DNA of 30,096 nt from Candidatus Sigynarchaeum calidifontis (GCA_030587475.2 JAUQYZ020000261.1:1-30096), one strand, 5' to 3'. Numbered from the stretch's first letter, positions 1 through 8,764 are shown. Translations and numbers: made by a program. The notes: generated by a model not told the origin, from the sequence alone.

Positions 1-2
1 TG

Positions 3-812
3 CTAGCAGGTTGCGATGGCGCGCACTCGATCGTGGCGCGGCAATCGGGTATCGTTCACGGGTTCATCACGGGCAAGCAAGCCCTCATCGCGCCGCCACA
101 TGGTGGCAATAAATTCACCCTGGATTCATCTATCTGCGAGCTCCATTTCGATCCATCATGGAATGACCTGTTCGGCTGGGTCATTCCAGCGGGAAACACG
201 GGTTTACGCGTCGGCATCGCAACGCGCACCCGAGTTGCCAAGCGTTTCGATGCGATGTTCGGACGGAGGTTCGGGTGCTCCATCGATGAAGCGAGAAAAC
301 GCGGCTTGATCGGTGATGTCTCGTTCACGGGTGGAACCATCCCCGTCGGGCTTCCCACGACTTGCGCGCTGGAAAGGATCGTGCTCGTTGGCGACGCGGC
401 TTGCCAGGTCAAGGCTTCCACGGGCGGGGGGATCGTCATGCTCGCCATCGCGGCACGGCTCGCGGCGAACGCCATCTTGCACGCGTTCGAAACGGGGGAT
501 TTCTCGCGGAAATTCCTGGTCAAGCATTACCAGAAGCCATTCTTCAAGCGGGCACGATCGAGCTTGAAGATGCACATGGCCATCCACGAGGCCATCAAGC
601 ACTTCACCGACGCGGATTTTTCACGATTGTTCGACCTCGCGAACCGGCCATCCATCAAGAGGGAGCTCGCGAGGACGGCAGACATGGATTTCCCGGTCCG
701 GTTCATCTTGCGAATCCTTGGCGAGCCCGGCTTCTACTGGTGGGTCGTGAGCTTCTTGCTGCGTGATTATCATGTCTTGCGCGACGTGCTCGGCACGCTT
801 CTACGAAGATGA
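3..812 (+). CDS. Geranylgeranyl reductase-family FAD-dependent oxidoreductase, 5'-truncated by the window edge
   Basis: Frame is open from nt 3 (LAGCDGAHSIVAR, the DG motif). It also has FGWVIP, RVG and LVGDAACQVKASTGGGI, typical of archaeal GGR/DGGR flavoproteins. Confidence 0.88.
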   Translation, partial: LAGCDGAHSIVARQSGIVHGFITGKQALIAPPHGGNKFTLDSSICELHFDPSWNDLFGWVIPAGNTGLRVGIATRTRVAKRFDAMFGRRFGCSIDEARKRGLIGDVSFTGGTIPVGLPTTCALERIVLVGDAACQVKASTGGGIVMLAIAARLAANAILHAFETGDFSRKFLVKHYQKPFFKRARSSLKMHMAIHEAIKHFTDADFSRLFDLANRPSIKRELARTADMDFPVRFILRILGEPGFYWWVVSFLLRDYHVLRDVLGTLLRR

Positions 813-843
813 AAGACATAAATGGGGGCAAATAAAAGGATCC

Positions 844-1125
844 GTGATTATCGTGGCGACGAATCCCGCGAAGTTCGCGTTGAAGGACATCGATCCAAAG
901 ATCCTGGCACAAAAGATCGTGGGCATGCTTGTCATCCAAGGATTTATTTTTTGGATATTCACGATCATCGATCCAGGCTTCACGGATTCCTTGATGATGT
1001 ATTTTTGGTTTGTCGCCATTGGCTCCGTGGTTGTCATTTCGTGGGTGCATATCCACAACAACCTGGAAGAAGCTCGCAAGAAGAAAGCCGGAGTTCTTGG
1101 CCAAACGGATTACGCGGGCGATTAA
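844..1125 (+). CDS. Small hypothetical membrane protein, 2 predicted TM helices
   Basis: Hydrophobic segments IVGMLVIQGFIFWIFTII and LMMYFWFVAIGSVVVISWV followed by a basic tail. Start GTG 844 chosen to avoid overlap with the GGR gene; the start is uncertain. Confidence 0.6.
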   Translation: MIIVATNPAKFALKDIDPKILAQKIVGMLVIQGFIFWIFTIIDPGFTDSLMMYFWFVAIGSVVVISWVHIHNNLEEARKKKAGVLGQTDYAGD

Positions 1126-1153
1126 TCAACGTTTCTTTATGCGCTTCCCTCGC

Positions 1154-1163
1154 TTTTTTATAA
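1154..1163 (+). promoter_or_regulatory. Putative archaeal TATA box upstream of the gelsolin gene
   Basis: TTTTTTATAA in the intergenic region about 70-80 nt upstream of ATG 1235. The T-run could also serve as terminator of the upstream gene. Confidence 0.4.
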
Positions 1164-1234
1164 GTTGACGCGGGATCTATGATTATACACATGGCAGATT
1201 AGATGATTTTTCCCCGCGAGCGGTGCATGTGAAT

Positions 1235-3415
1235 ATGGACGCCAAGCTATATTTGTACGTCGAAGAGAAGGACTCGTTCACCGAGGTCACGAAGGTCACG
1301 AGCAAGGACGTCGTTTTCATCGTTTTAATGGACGAGCAAAAGGTCATCGTTTGGCAAGGAAAGGAATCGCCCCGAATGCTCCGTTATAAAGGAGGCATGA
1401 AGGTCGCGACGCTCATCAGCACGAAACGGCTCTACAACTTCAAGAGCGAGATCGTGATCGAGGGTGAAGAACCGGCATCGGTGCGGGAACTCATCACGCG
1501 GCACTTTGGGAAGCGCGAGCTATCGCAAGCCGAGATCGCTCGTGACGACCGCTTGCAAGTGGAAGCAAAGGCAAAAGCGATCGCCGAAAAATATTCCCAA
1601 CGTGAGCCCGAGTTGGTTCAACATGCGAGGCCTGCCACGCCCACCCCCGTCGAGAGCCGGGAGCCATCGAAACTAGTGCCGGTTTCCGAAAAAACACTCG
1701 AATCGAAAGAGGATCGCCAGGCTACATCCATCCAGGCAGAATTACGCCGGGTCAACCTCGGTTTGGGACAAAACCTGGCCGCCATGGAAAATATCAGCTT
1801 GGAAAAGAAGCAATACTTGTCCAAGGACGAAAGGGAGGTCCTCGACGAGGCCAGGCGGGAACAGAATCGCTCTGAAAACCTCGCGAGCGTGCAGGAAACC
1901 AAGCTCTGGGATGAGGAGCGGAAACAACTGCTCAGGAATCAGGAAGAGGCGAGGCAGCGAGAGCTCGAGGCTGAGAAGCGACGGAAAGAAGCGGCAGAAC
2001 GCGAGCGAATAGCGAGCGAGAAGCGCTTCATGGAGGAGAAATTGCGGAAGGAAAGAGAAGAGATGGAACGCGAGCGCCGTGTACTCGAGGAGAAATTACG
2101 CGAGGAGGAGCTTGCCAGGAAGAATGCTCAAGAAGCGGCCGAGAAAGCGCGCGAGGCGAGGAAGAAAGACCTGGTAGAATTCGAGGTGCGCAAGATCGAC
2201 CTCAGAATGCAGGTCCGGCGCAAGGGCATCGACTACATCGCCGCGCCCCCGCCCGGTGGATCTCACATCTTGTACCGTATCGAGAAGGGCGTCGCTGTCA
2301 GGATGCAGCCCGAGTACATGACCATGGGAGACGTGTATTTGCTCGACAAGGGGAATAAGGTGTTCGTTTGGAATGGCAAGCTCGCGTCGCTGGACGAGCG
2401 ATTCTTCGGGGACGAGATCGCGAAAATGCTCAAGGAAAAACGCGGCCCCGAGACGGAAATCATCTCCATCGAGCAAGCCAATGAAACGATCGACTTCGTT
2501 TCTAGCTTCGAGTCCTTGTCAATCCTCGATGGGAACTTCGCAGAATCCATCTTGAAGAAGGAGCAAGTGGGAACGTCGAAAGACTTCATATTGTACCGTT
2601 TCAAGACCGAGGGCGGATTGCTATTCATGGAAATGCCAAAATCTCACTCGTCGGTGACCAGCAACGATTCTTTCCTCTTCGATTTCGGCAAGGAGATCAT
2701 CGTTTGGCACGGGAAAGATTCGAACCCAGAGGAACGCCGGCGAAGTGCCGAGATCGCCTCGATGTTCAAGAAGGAGCGGGGCGAGGGCGTCAAGATACAA
2801 GTGGTTAACGAGGGTAGCGAGCCGGCCTACGATCAACTTCCCGCCCCCGTCTGGCCGATCTTGAAGGGGGAGAAACGCGCGGCAGAAATGGCCGACGCAT
2901 ACCACAAGGCCATGAGTGCCCTAGAGGCACAGCGACGCGAGGCTGCCCTCAAGCAGCAACAAGAAGCGGAAGCGAAGCGGCTCCTGGAGGAGAAAAAGGC
3001 CCTCGATGAGACCGAGCGGATCGAGCGGGAGATGCTCCAGAAGGAGATCGAGCGCAAGAAGGCGGAACTCACCCCCCAGCAGATCGAGGCGAAATGGCGC
3101 GAATTCAGGCGCAAGATGCGGGAGCGACGCGGGCTGCCACCAGAAGACGAGACCATCAAGATCGACCTCAAGACCGGCGAGAGCATTGCCGATGCAAAGC
3201 CAGCGGCAGCGCCCGTTCCCGAGGTCGACAAAGCCCAGTTCAAGAAGCAAAAGGAAAAGGAATTCGAGCAACTCAAGCGCATCGAGCTCGAGATGCTCGA
3301 GAAGCGGATCAGCCGGGAGAAACCAGCCGCGGACGTGGAAGCGCGCTGGCGGGCCGACTTGCAAGCAAAGCTGGACGGGCAATGGAAGGAAATTCAGGAG
3401 GAATTCAAGGAATGA
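1235..3415 (+). CDS. Gelsolin/villin-like protein: 3 gelsolin domains plus two long E/R/K-rich helical regions
   Basis: Three gelsolin signatures: VIVWQGKES...IVIEGEEP; GDVYLLDKGNKVFVWNGKLASLDER...IEQANET; NDSFLFDFGKEIIVWHGKDSNPEER...VNEGSEP. Charged helical stretches at about 1820-2170 and 2880-3415. Confidence 0.88.
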   Translation: MDAKLYLYVEEKDSFTEVTKVTSKDVVFIVLMDEQKVIVWQGKESPRMLRYKGGMKVATLISTKRLYNFKSEIVIEGEEPASVRELITRHFGKRELSQAEIARDDRLQVEAKAKAIAEKYSQREPELVQHARPATPTPVESREPSKLVPVSEKTLESKEDRQATSIQAELRRVNLGLGQNLAAMENISLEKKQYLSKDEREVLDEARREQNRSENLASVQETKLWDEERKQLLRNQEEARQRELEAEKRRKEAAERERIASEKRFMEEKLRKEREEMERERRVLEEKLREEELARKNAQEAAEKAREARKKDLVEFEVRKIDLRMQVRRKGIDYIAAPPPGGSHILYRIEKGVAVRMQPEYMTMGDVYLLDKGNKVFVWNGKLASLDERFFGDEIAKMLKEKRGPETEIISIEQANETIDFVSSFESLSILDGNFAESILKKEQVGTSKDFILYRFKTEGGLLFMEMPKSHSSVTSNDSFLFDFGKEIIVWHGKDSNPEERRRSAEIASMFKKERGEGVKIQVVNEGSEPAYDQLPAPVWPILKGEKRAAEMADAYHKAMSALEAQRREAALKQQQEAEAKRLLEEKKALDETERIEREMLQKEIERKKAELTPQQIEAKWREFRRKMRERRGLPPEDETIKIDLKTGESIADAKPAAAPVPEVDKAQFKKQKEKEFEQLKRIELEMLEKRISREKPAADVEARWRADLQAKLDGQWKEIQEEFKE

Positions 3416-3435
3416 ATTACAAGGAATAAGAAGCT

Positions 3436-3447
3436 CTTTTTTTTATT
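3436..3447 (+). terminator. Oligo-T archaeal terminator candidate
   Basis: Run of 8 T about 20 nt after the gelsolin stop codon, between convergent genes. Confidence 0.45.
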
Positions 3448-3465
3448 GCTATCGTTCAAGGCGGG

Positions 3466-5040
3466 TCATTGATCGATGCAAGCCCAGCACGGGTTGATGG
3501 AATGCACGATGTACGGCATCTTGCGGATCGCGACCTGCCCGGCGACGCGTTCCAGCGCCGTGAAGTTCTGGAAGCTCGGCGTACAGATCCGCAGCGTCGC
3601 GAGCTTGCCTGCTTCCTTCGATGCTTTAACGTACGCGTGCAGCTCGCCCCGGGCGCTTTCCACCACGGCGAAACCTTCGGCCCCGGCGACGAGGTTGCTC
3701 GCGTCAATCCGCGACGCTTCCGAGACGGGTGTTTCTGCAAGCAAGGCGTTGAGCTGGTAGAGCAAGCGCAAGGATTGCACGATCTCGCGCGCGTGGATCT
3801 CGATCCTGGCTTGCACGTCGCCCGTGACACCGGTGCACGTGTCCCAGCGCAAGAAACCTTGCTTGTAAGGGCCATGCGGGAAGTCAACGCGGGTATCGTA
3901 TGGCACGCCACTCGCGCGCAACGCAGGTCCAGTGAGACCGGCCTTCAGCGCTGCGTCCTTGTGGATGATGCCGATGCCGGCGAACGCGTCGAACAAGTAG
4001 TTTTTTTCGAGCGGATCGAGGAGAGCTGATGTGAAATCGTGCTCGTAATCGTGCAGGCACTCCTCGATCGCGGGTCGCGATAATCGACCGGTGGCAACGG
4101 GATCAAACAAGATACCGCCGGGCACGAGGAACGGCGTTCTGGTCGCCTCGTCGAGCAAGTGCTTTTCGATGGCTTCCAAACCGCGAAGTATTGAAGCGTT
4201 TCGCTTCGCAATGGCAAAATGACCGGCAAGTTGCAGCCACGAGATCAAGAACTCGTGGTGGTTCTTGACACGCTCGAGCTCGCAACAAAAAGCACGCCAG
4301 TATGCAGCGTGCTGGGGAATTTTCTCCGCGATGCCGGCCGCGCGTTCTATCGCAATGGCCACGGCCGCGAGGGCGTGCCATTTATCTCGCCAGCATGCGC
4401 GAGCGACGACGGGCGGGAGCTCGGATATTGGCAAGGATTCCGCGAACTTCAGGATACCCCGATGGAAGTGCCCGATCTGGCATCGGTTTGCGAATATAAC
4501 GGTCTTGTCAGTCTTCACCCACGTGTAAGAAAAGAGATCGAGCTTCGGATCGAAGATACCAGGGCCGCCTGGCAACCGGGACTTGTCCACCATGTCATCG
4601 ACCTGGAATTGAACCCACGGAGAACTCGCATCCATTGCAAGTCCGCCATCCTCTCCTTTCGGGGATGCAGCGCGCGGCTGGAAATCGATCGAGAGAAACT
4701 GCGTCTGGTATTTTTCTAGCCATTTTGCGGCCGGAAAAATGCCCGTGATCGAATCGGTTTTTTTGTCCCGCGCATCGATGTCGATCTTGACATACACGCG
4801 CGACCGTAAATGGTTCAAGAAAAGAACATCGATTAGCTCCAAATTACTCCCGGCATCGTTCACGAACTGCGCCACGAAACGTGCATCACAATCGATCGCG
4901 AGAAAATCCAGCAGCTCCAACATTTTTTCCGCCCTGCCGGACACCATGATTTCGTCATCACCCGGGGATTGCACGTTTTTCACGCCGAGGCCGAAGCGTT
5001 CCCCGATAGTATCCTTCAGCATCTGTATGGAGTTGATCAT
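3466..5040 (-). CDS. Group 4 [NiFe]-hydrogenase large subunit-like protein (HycE/NuoCD-type fusion) with atypical L1 motif
   Basis: N-terminal NuoC-like region (SITGIFPAAKWLE), then GHFHRGI, ELERVKNH, GLTGPALRASGVPYDTR, GDVQAR, VESARGE, RICTPSF and C-terminal NPCWAC. Confidence 0.85.
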   Translation of the reverse strand: MINSIQMLKDTIGERFGLGVKNVQSPGDDEIMVSGRAEKMLELLDFLAIDCDARFVAQFVNDAGSNLELIDVLFLNHLRSRVYVKIDIDARDKKTDSITGIFPAAKWLEKYQTQFLSIDFQPRAASPKGEDGGLAMDASSPWVQFQVDDMVDKSRLPGGPGIFDPKLDLFSYTWVKTDKTVIFANRCQIGHFHRGILKFAESLPISELPPVVARACWRDKWHALAAVAIAIERAAGIAEKIPQHAAYWRAFCCELERVKNHHEFLISWLQLAGHFAIAKRNASILRGLEAIEKHLLDEATRTPFLVPGGILFDPVATGRLSRPAIEECLHDYEHDFTSALLDPLEKNYLFDAFAGIGIIHKDAALKAGLTGPALRASGVPYDTRVDFPHGPYKQGFLRWDTCTGVTGDVQARIEIHAREIVQSLRLLYQLNALLAETPVSEASRIDASNLVAGAEGFAVVESARGELHAYVKASKEAGKLATLRICTPSFQNFTALERVAGQVAIRKMPYIVHSINPCWACIDQ

Positions 5041-5071
5041 GATAGGTCACGCGGGATCTTGTCTGTCGCGT

Positions 5072-5111
5072 TTAAATTATGGCGAGTGCCTTAATTAAAT
5101 TAAGGCGAGTG
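5072..5111. promoter_or_regulatory. AT-rich divergent promoter region with a 17-nt direct repeat and a palindrome
   Basis: TTAAATTA(T/A)GGCGAGTG at 5072-5088 and 5095-5111. Perfect inverted repeat GCCTTAATT-A-AATTAAGGC at 5088-5106. Confidence 0.5.
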
Positions 5112-5114
5112 ACC

Positions 5115-5585
5115 TTGAGCAAGAACGCCATCTTCCGAGGAACCTTAGAAGCCTACATACTCCCGCTTGCAGACTGTGGCGGGGGCTGCTACGAGAACCT
5201 TGCGAAAGCCATCGAGCGCTTGCCGATACGACTTGTCAACAATTCGAAACATGCGGATATCGTGTTCATCGCGGGTATCATCACGCACGCCGCAGCAGCC
5301 AGGTTGAAAGAGGAATTCACGGGCTTGTCCAAACCGTGTTTTGTTATAAGGGTCGGTGCTTGCATGGGAAAAGCCAATAAGTCGTTCGAAAACCCCTCGC
5401 AAAACTATGCCGTGAGCGAAACGATAAAGAAATTCTTTCCGGTTCATTCCGCTATCGAAGGTTGCCCGCCACAAGTCGACGAGATCGTGTCGAAGATGGA
5501 AACGTTCATCAATTATCTCGACCTCACGCCAGAAATCTCGAAAACATTGGACGAGAAATTGGACAAGTCGATTTTCACGCCGTGA
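5115..5585 (+). CDS. NuoB/EchC/HycG-like Fe-S small subunit
   Basis: DCGGGCYE, HADIVFIAGII, VGACMG and IEGCPP motifs. Start uncertain (ATG 5079, GTG 5109 or TTG 5115). Confidence 0.85.
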   Translation: MSKNAIFRGTLEAYILPLADCGGGCYENLAKAIERLPIRLVNNSKHADIVFIAGIITHAAAARLKEEFTGLSKPCFVIRVGACMGKANKSFENPSQNYAVSETIKKFFPVHSAIEGCPPQVDEIVSKMETFINYLDLTPEISKTLDEKLDKSIFTP

Positions 5586-5588
5586 TCC

Positions 5589-5855
5589 TCACGTGAGCAA
5601 GATTATTTTTCCATTCTTGCCCAGGATCATCACCCTATAGCGCCAATATCCTGTCACGGGATCCTGGTACGAGATCGTCGCCGCGTGGAGCGGTTGCCCC
5701 TTGTACCGCTTGAACGAGCGGGGATATTCCGTCGAAAGGCGAACAGCCTCTTCCAGGTCGATCGCGTGCACGTCGCTGATCATTGCATCTGCCGGGATCT
5801 CGTCCGCGAGTGCCGGATTCCTGGCAATTGAATTCCGCACGGTAGCCTCGTCCAT
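5589..5855 (-). CDS. Hypothetical protein (88 aa)
   Basis: ATG-started ORF that fills the gap between neighbouring genes and has a globular-looking composition; no family recognised. Confidence 0.55.
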   Translation of the reverse strand: MDEATVRNSIARNPALADEIPADAMISDVHAIDLEEAVRLSTEYPRSFKRYKGQPLHAATISYQDPVTGYWRYRVMILGKNGKIILLT

Positions 5856-5969
5856 GCTGGATGCACCTCGCTCGGTCCTTGGACGCGCTGGACAATTTTA
5901 TAGATGCCCGAGGACATGACTTCATATCACCTGGCACTCAAAAAAAGTCTCTCCAAAAGGTGCAAGCAC

Positions 5970-6683
5970 GTGGTGGAACGAATCGACGGGCGTAAAGCCG
6001 ACGAGCTGCGGCCGGTCAAGATCACGCGGAATTTCATCAAGTACGCGGAGGGGTCGGTGCTCTTCGAGACGGGCAACACGAAGGTCATCATCAACGTTAC
6101 CGTGGACGAGGATGTCCCGAACTGGATGAAAAATGCCGGCACCGGCTGGGTCACGGCGGAATACAGCATGCTGCCGAGGTCCACGCTCACGCGCCAGAAC
6201 CGCGAGCGCGAGGGGCGCGTGAACTCGCGCAGCCTCGAGCTCTCGCGCCTCGTCGGTCGGGCATTGCGGCCGGTCATCGACACGCGTGCACTTGGCCCGC
6301 GCACGCTCAAGGTCGATTGCGACGTCATCCAGGCCGACGGGGGAACCCGCTGCGCGTCTGTCACGGGCGCCTGGCTCGCCCTCAAGCTCGCCGAGAGATG
6401 GATGATGGACAACCGCAAGATCGCGGCGCCGATTGTGACCAAGCAAGTCGCGGCCGTCTCGGTTGGCATCCTCGGCGGGGAGGTGCTCCTCGATCTCAAG
6501 TACGAGGAGGACAAGGACGTCGAAGTCGACTTGAACGTCATCCAGGTCGGTGACGGGAATTTCGTCGAGATACAAGGCACCGCCGAGCACAATCCTTTCA
6601 CCAGGGCAAACTTGAACGCGATGCTCGACATGGCCACGAAGGGACTCAAGGAACTCTTCGAGATCCAGAAGGCGGCGCTGTGA
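5970..6683 (+). CDS. rph: Ribonuclease PH (bacterial type)
   Basis: R.DGRKADELRPVKITRNFIKYAEGSVL, GWVTAEYSMLPRST, SRLVGRALR, DCDVIQADGGTRCAS, LLDLKYEED and VEIQGTAEHNPF, all characteristic of bacterial RNase PH. GTG start assumed. Confidence 0.92.
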   Translation: MVERIDGRKADELRPVKITRNFIKYAEGSVLFETGNTKVIINVTVDEDVPNWMKNAGTGWVTAEYSMLPRSTLTRQNREREGRVNSRSLELSRLVGRALRPVIDTRALGPRTLKVDCDVIQADGGTRCASVTGAWLALKLAERWMMDNRKIAAPIVTKQVAAVSVGILGGEVLLDLKYEEDKDVEVDLNVIQVGDGNFVEIQGTAEHNPFTRANLNAMLDMATKGLKELFEIQKAAL

Positions 6684-6760
6684 GCCGCGATGCTCCCGTC
6701 GTGCTGCTTTTTTTCCACGCGGTTTTTTATCGCCCCGGCGCCTACCGTTGCGCGAGGCAC

Positions 6761-7909
6761 ATGCCAGAACCAGTGAACGTCGGTTTCATCGGAGGCGGCC
6801 CCCGGGCCGAGAGCATCTTCAATACCTTGATCATGAACAAGCGATTCGAGGACCAGGTCGTTCCCGTCGCGATGATGGACACGAGCGAGGCCGTGGTCAA
6901 TAATTGGCGCTACAAGGTCGAGTCAACCTACACGTCGCTCGACAAGTTCCTCGCGCACGAGGGCCTGGATGCCGTGGCCGTGATCACGCCGCCATCGACC
7001 CACGCGGCCATCGCACGCAGGTGCCTGGAAGCCGGCATCGACACGTGGTGCGAGGTTCCCATGGCCACGAAGCTGGACGATGTCTACCCGATCCTCGACG
7101 CGGAGCGGGCCAACAAGGGAAAGCGGGGGAAATATGCCTTCGGCGAAAACGCGTGCTGGTATTTACCGATCCAGTTCGCGGCGAAACTCGTCGACGATGG
7201 CAAGATGGGCGACCTGTTCTACACGGAAGGGGAATACCACCACAGCGTCGAGCACTACATGATCGAGGAGAACTACACGCAAAAGAAAGCCATCGACCCG
7301 GAATTCGCGACGGACGTGCACCCAACGTGGCGAGCGACGCTGCCGCCCGTCGTCTACGGGCACGCGGCCGGCATGGCGCTCTACGTGATCAACCGCCAGG
7401 ACCCGAAAGACCGGCCTGTCCAAGTGTGTGGATTCGGCAACATGAAGATGCTCAAGCGATTCAACAACCACAACTTCCAGATCGCCATGTTCCAGACCAA
7501 GAACGACGTGATCTGCAAGTTTGGCAGCGGGTTTGTCCTTCCGAACGAAGAAGTGCGCCACGCGCTGTTCTGGGCATCGAAATGCTATTTCAACGCGACC
7601 ATGTCGGGCACGCCCGAGTATTACCTGCACCTCGTGCCCGAGGGCATGGCGAAGTATCCCGACCGGCACAAGGCGGGCGGGCGAAAGATCACCGAGCAAG
7701 ACATGGTCGCCGCGGGCGCGAAGGTCGCCGCGGGTGGGCACGGGGGTGGCGACACGCTCATGATGGAGGCATGGCTCGCGTCGTTGCGGGGCGAGAAACC
7801 CTACGACATCGGCGGCGTGAAGGCGGCCGAGATGAGCGGGGTCGGGCTCGTCGCCGCGGAGGCCATCAAGCAGCGGAAGTTACTGGATATCCCCGATTTC
7901 ACGAAATAG
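6761..7909 (+). CDS. Gfo/Idh/MocA family NAD(P)-dependent oxidoreductase
   Basis: Rossmann motif VGFIGGGPRA, LDAVAVITPPSTHA, CEVPMA (EKP-equivalent), GEYHH and GGHGGGD. Confidence 0.88.
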   Translation: MPEPVNVGFIGGGPRAESIFNTLIMNKRFEDQVVPVAMMDTSEAVVNNWRYKVESTYTSLDKFLAHEGLDAVAVITPPSTHAAIARRCLEAGIDTWCEVPMATKLDDVYPILDAERANKGKRGKYAFGENACWYLPIQFAAKLVDDGKMGDLFYTEGEYHHSVEHYMIEENYTQKKAIDPEFATDVHPTWRATLPPVVYGHAAGMALYVINRQDPKDRPVQVCGFGNMKMLKRFNNHNFQIAMFQTKNDVICKFGSGFVLPNEEVRHALFWASKCYFNATMSGTPEYYLHLVPEGMAKYPDRHKAGGRKITEQDMVAAGAKVAAGGHGGGDTLMMEAWLASLRGEKPYDIGGVKAAEMSGVGLVAAEAIKQRKLLDIPDFTK

Positions 7910-8004
7910 AGGGTCGTGACTTATTAAAATGTAAGGTCGCGACCTAGCACGAAGCCATCACGTGCGGATGCGGTTGCGGGCTTGAACGCCGAGAAGTAGT
8001 CGTC

Positions 8005-8181
8005 GTGCTCGAGCCCGCGGTGCTGGATCTCGTCGACGGGCTGGGACTCGATGCCGACGTGGCCGAGGAGGTCATCGGCCTGCTGGCGACGATCCCGCCC
8101 GAGCAGCACGTCGCCTACGTCGTGGGCTTGTACGACGAGCTCGCCGGGCACCTGGCCGAACCGGACGACCTGGATCTGTAA
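8005..8181 (+). CDS. Short acidic helical ORF (58 aa) or gene remnant; not in the ORF track
   Basis: GTG 8005 to TAA 8181: MLEPAVLDLVDGLGLDADVAEEVIGLLATIPPEQHVAYVVGLYDELAGHLAEPDDLDL. Strong G/C third-position bias. Confidence 0.45.
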   Translation: MLEPAVLDLVDGLGLDADVAEEVIGLLATIPPEQHVAYVVGLYDELAGHLAEPDDLDL

Positions 8182-8243
8182 GGCTCGTGAGGCTCTTGCG
8201 GGATGGTGCCCCCGTTCATTCCCTTGTTATGACTTTTTTTCAA

Positions 8244-8681
8244 ATGAATCATCTTGAAGTGAGGAAACTTGGAAACGGGAAAGTATGGACAGTAGATCAT
8301 AATGGATGGACATATTTCGAGGCGAGATTCCAATTTAGTGATGTGTCACCGATTTATTCTATGGTGTGTCGCGTTCCGTCCTTGCGTACAGCAGTGATTC
8401 ACTTTGGTGTCGATGTGTTCTGGCAAGGCGTGATCGATCCGACCACGCATCATGTCACCCAATCGAATGGTCCGACGCTCGGGCACCTGGAAGAGATAAT
8501 CGCTTGGATCGGAGATGGAACTATAGATACACGCTTGGCTGCATACACTTCGAATTTTCTTATCTCGAACATCGGTTTTTACATTCCACCAGGCTTACAT
8601 GCAGCACCCGTCCAACAATTATGGGAATTACTAACCGTTTTTGGTGCGGGGAACCCAAACGTCGTACATTATCCTTGGTGA
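8244..8681 (+). CDS. Hypothetical protein (145 aa) in an AT-richer islet
   Basis: ATG 8244 ORF, aromatic- and beta-rich; no family recognised. Confidence 0.6.
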   Translation: MNHLEVRKLGNGKVWTVDHNGWTYFEARFQFSDVSPIYSMVCRVPSLRTAVIHFGVDVFWQGVIDPTTHHVTQSNGPTLGHLEEIIAWIGDGTIDTRLAAYTSNFLISNIGFYIPPGLHAAPVQQLWELLTVFGAGNPNVVHYPW

Positions 8682-8764
8682 ATTCACTTGGATCCGAATG
8701 CTTATATTCCTCATCTTTCTCTTCTTTTCTGTGAATTCTACAGATATAGCTTGGAGAATTGCGA

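Noticed and set aside
3466-3500. Selenocysteine read-through in the hydrogenase-like subunit
   Set aside because: Both L2 positions are ordinary Cys codons, and the TGA falls after the motif where group-4 subunits normally end.
5970-6683. Exosome subunit Rrp41
   Set aside because: Motifs match bacterial RNase PH, and no rrp4/rrp42 neighbours are present.
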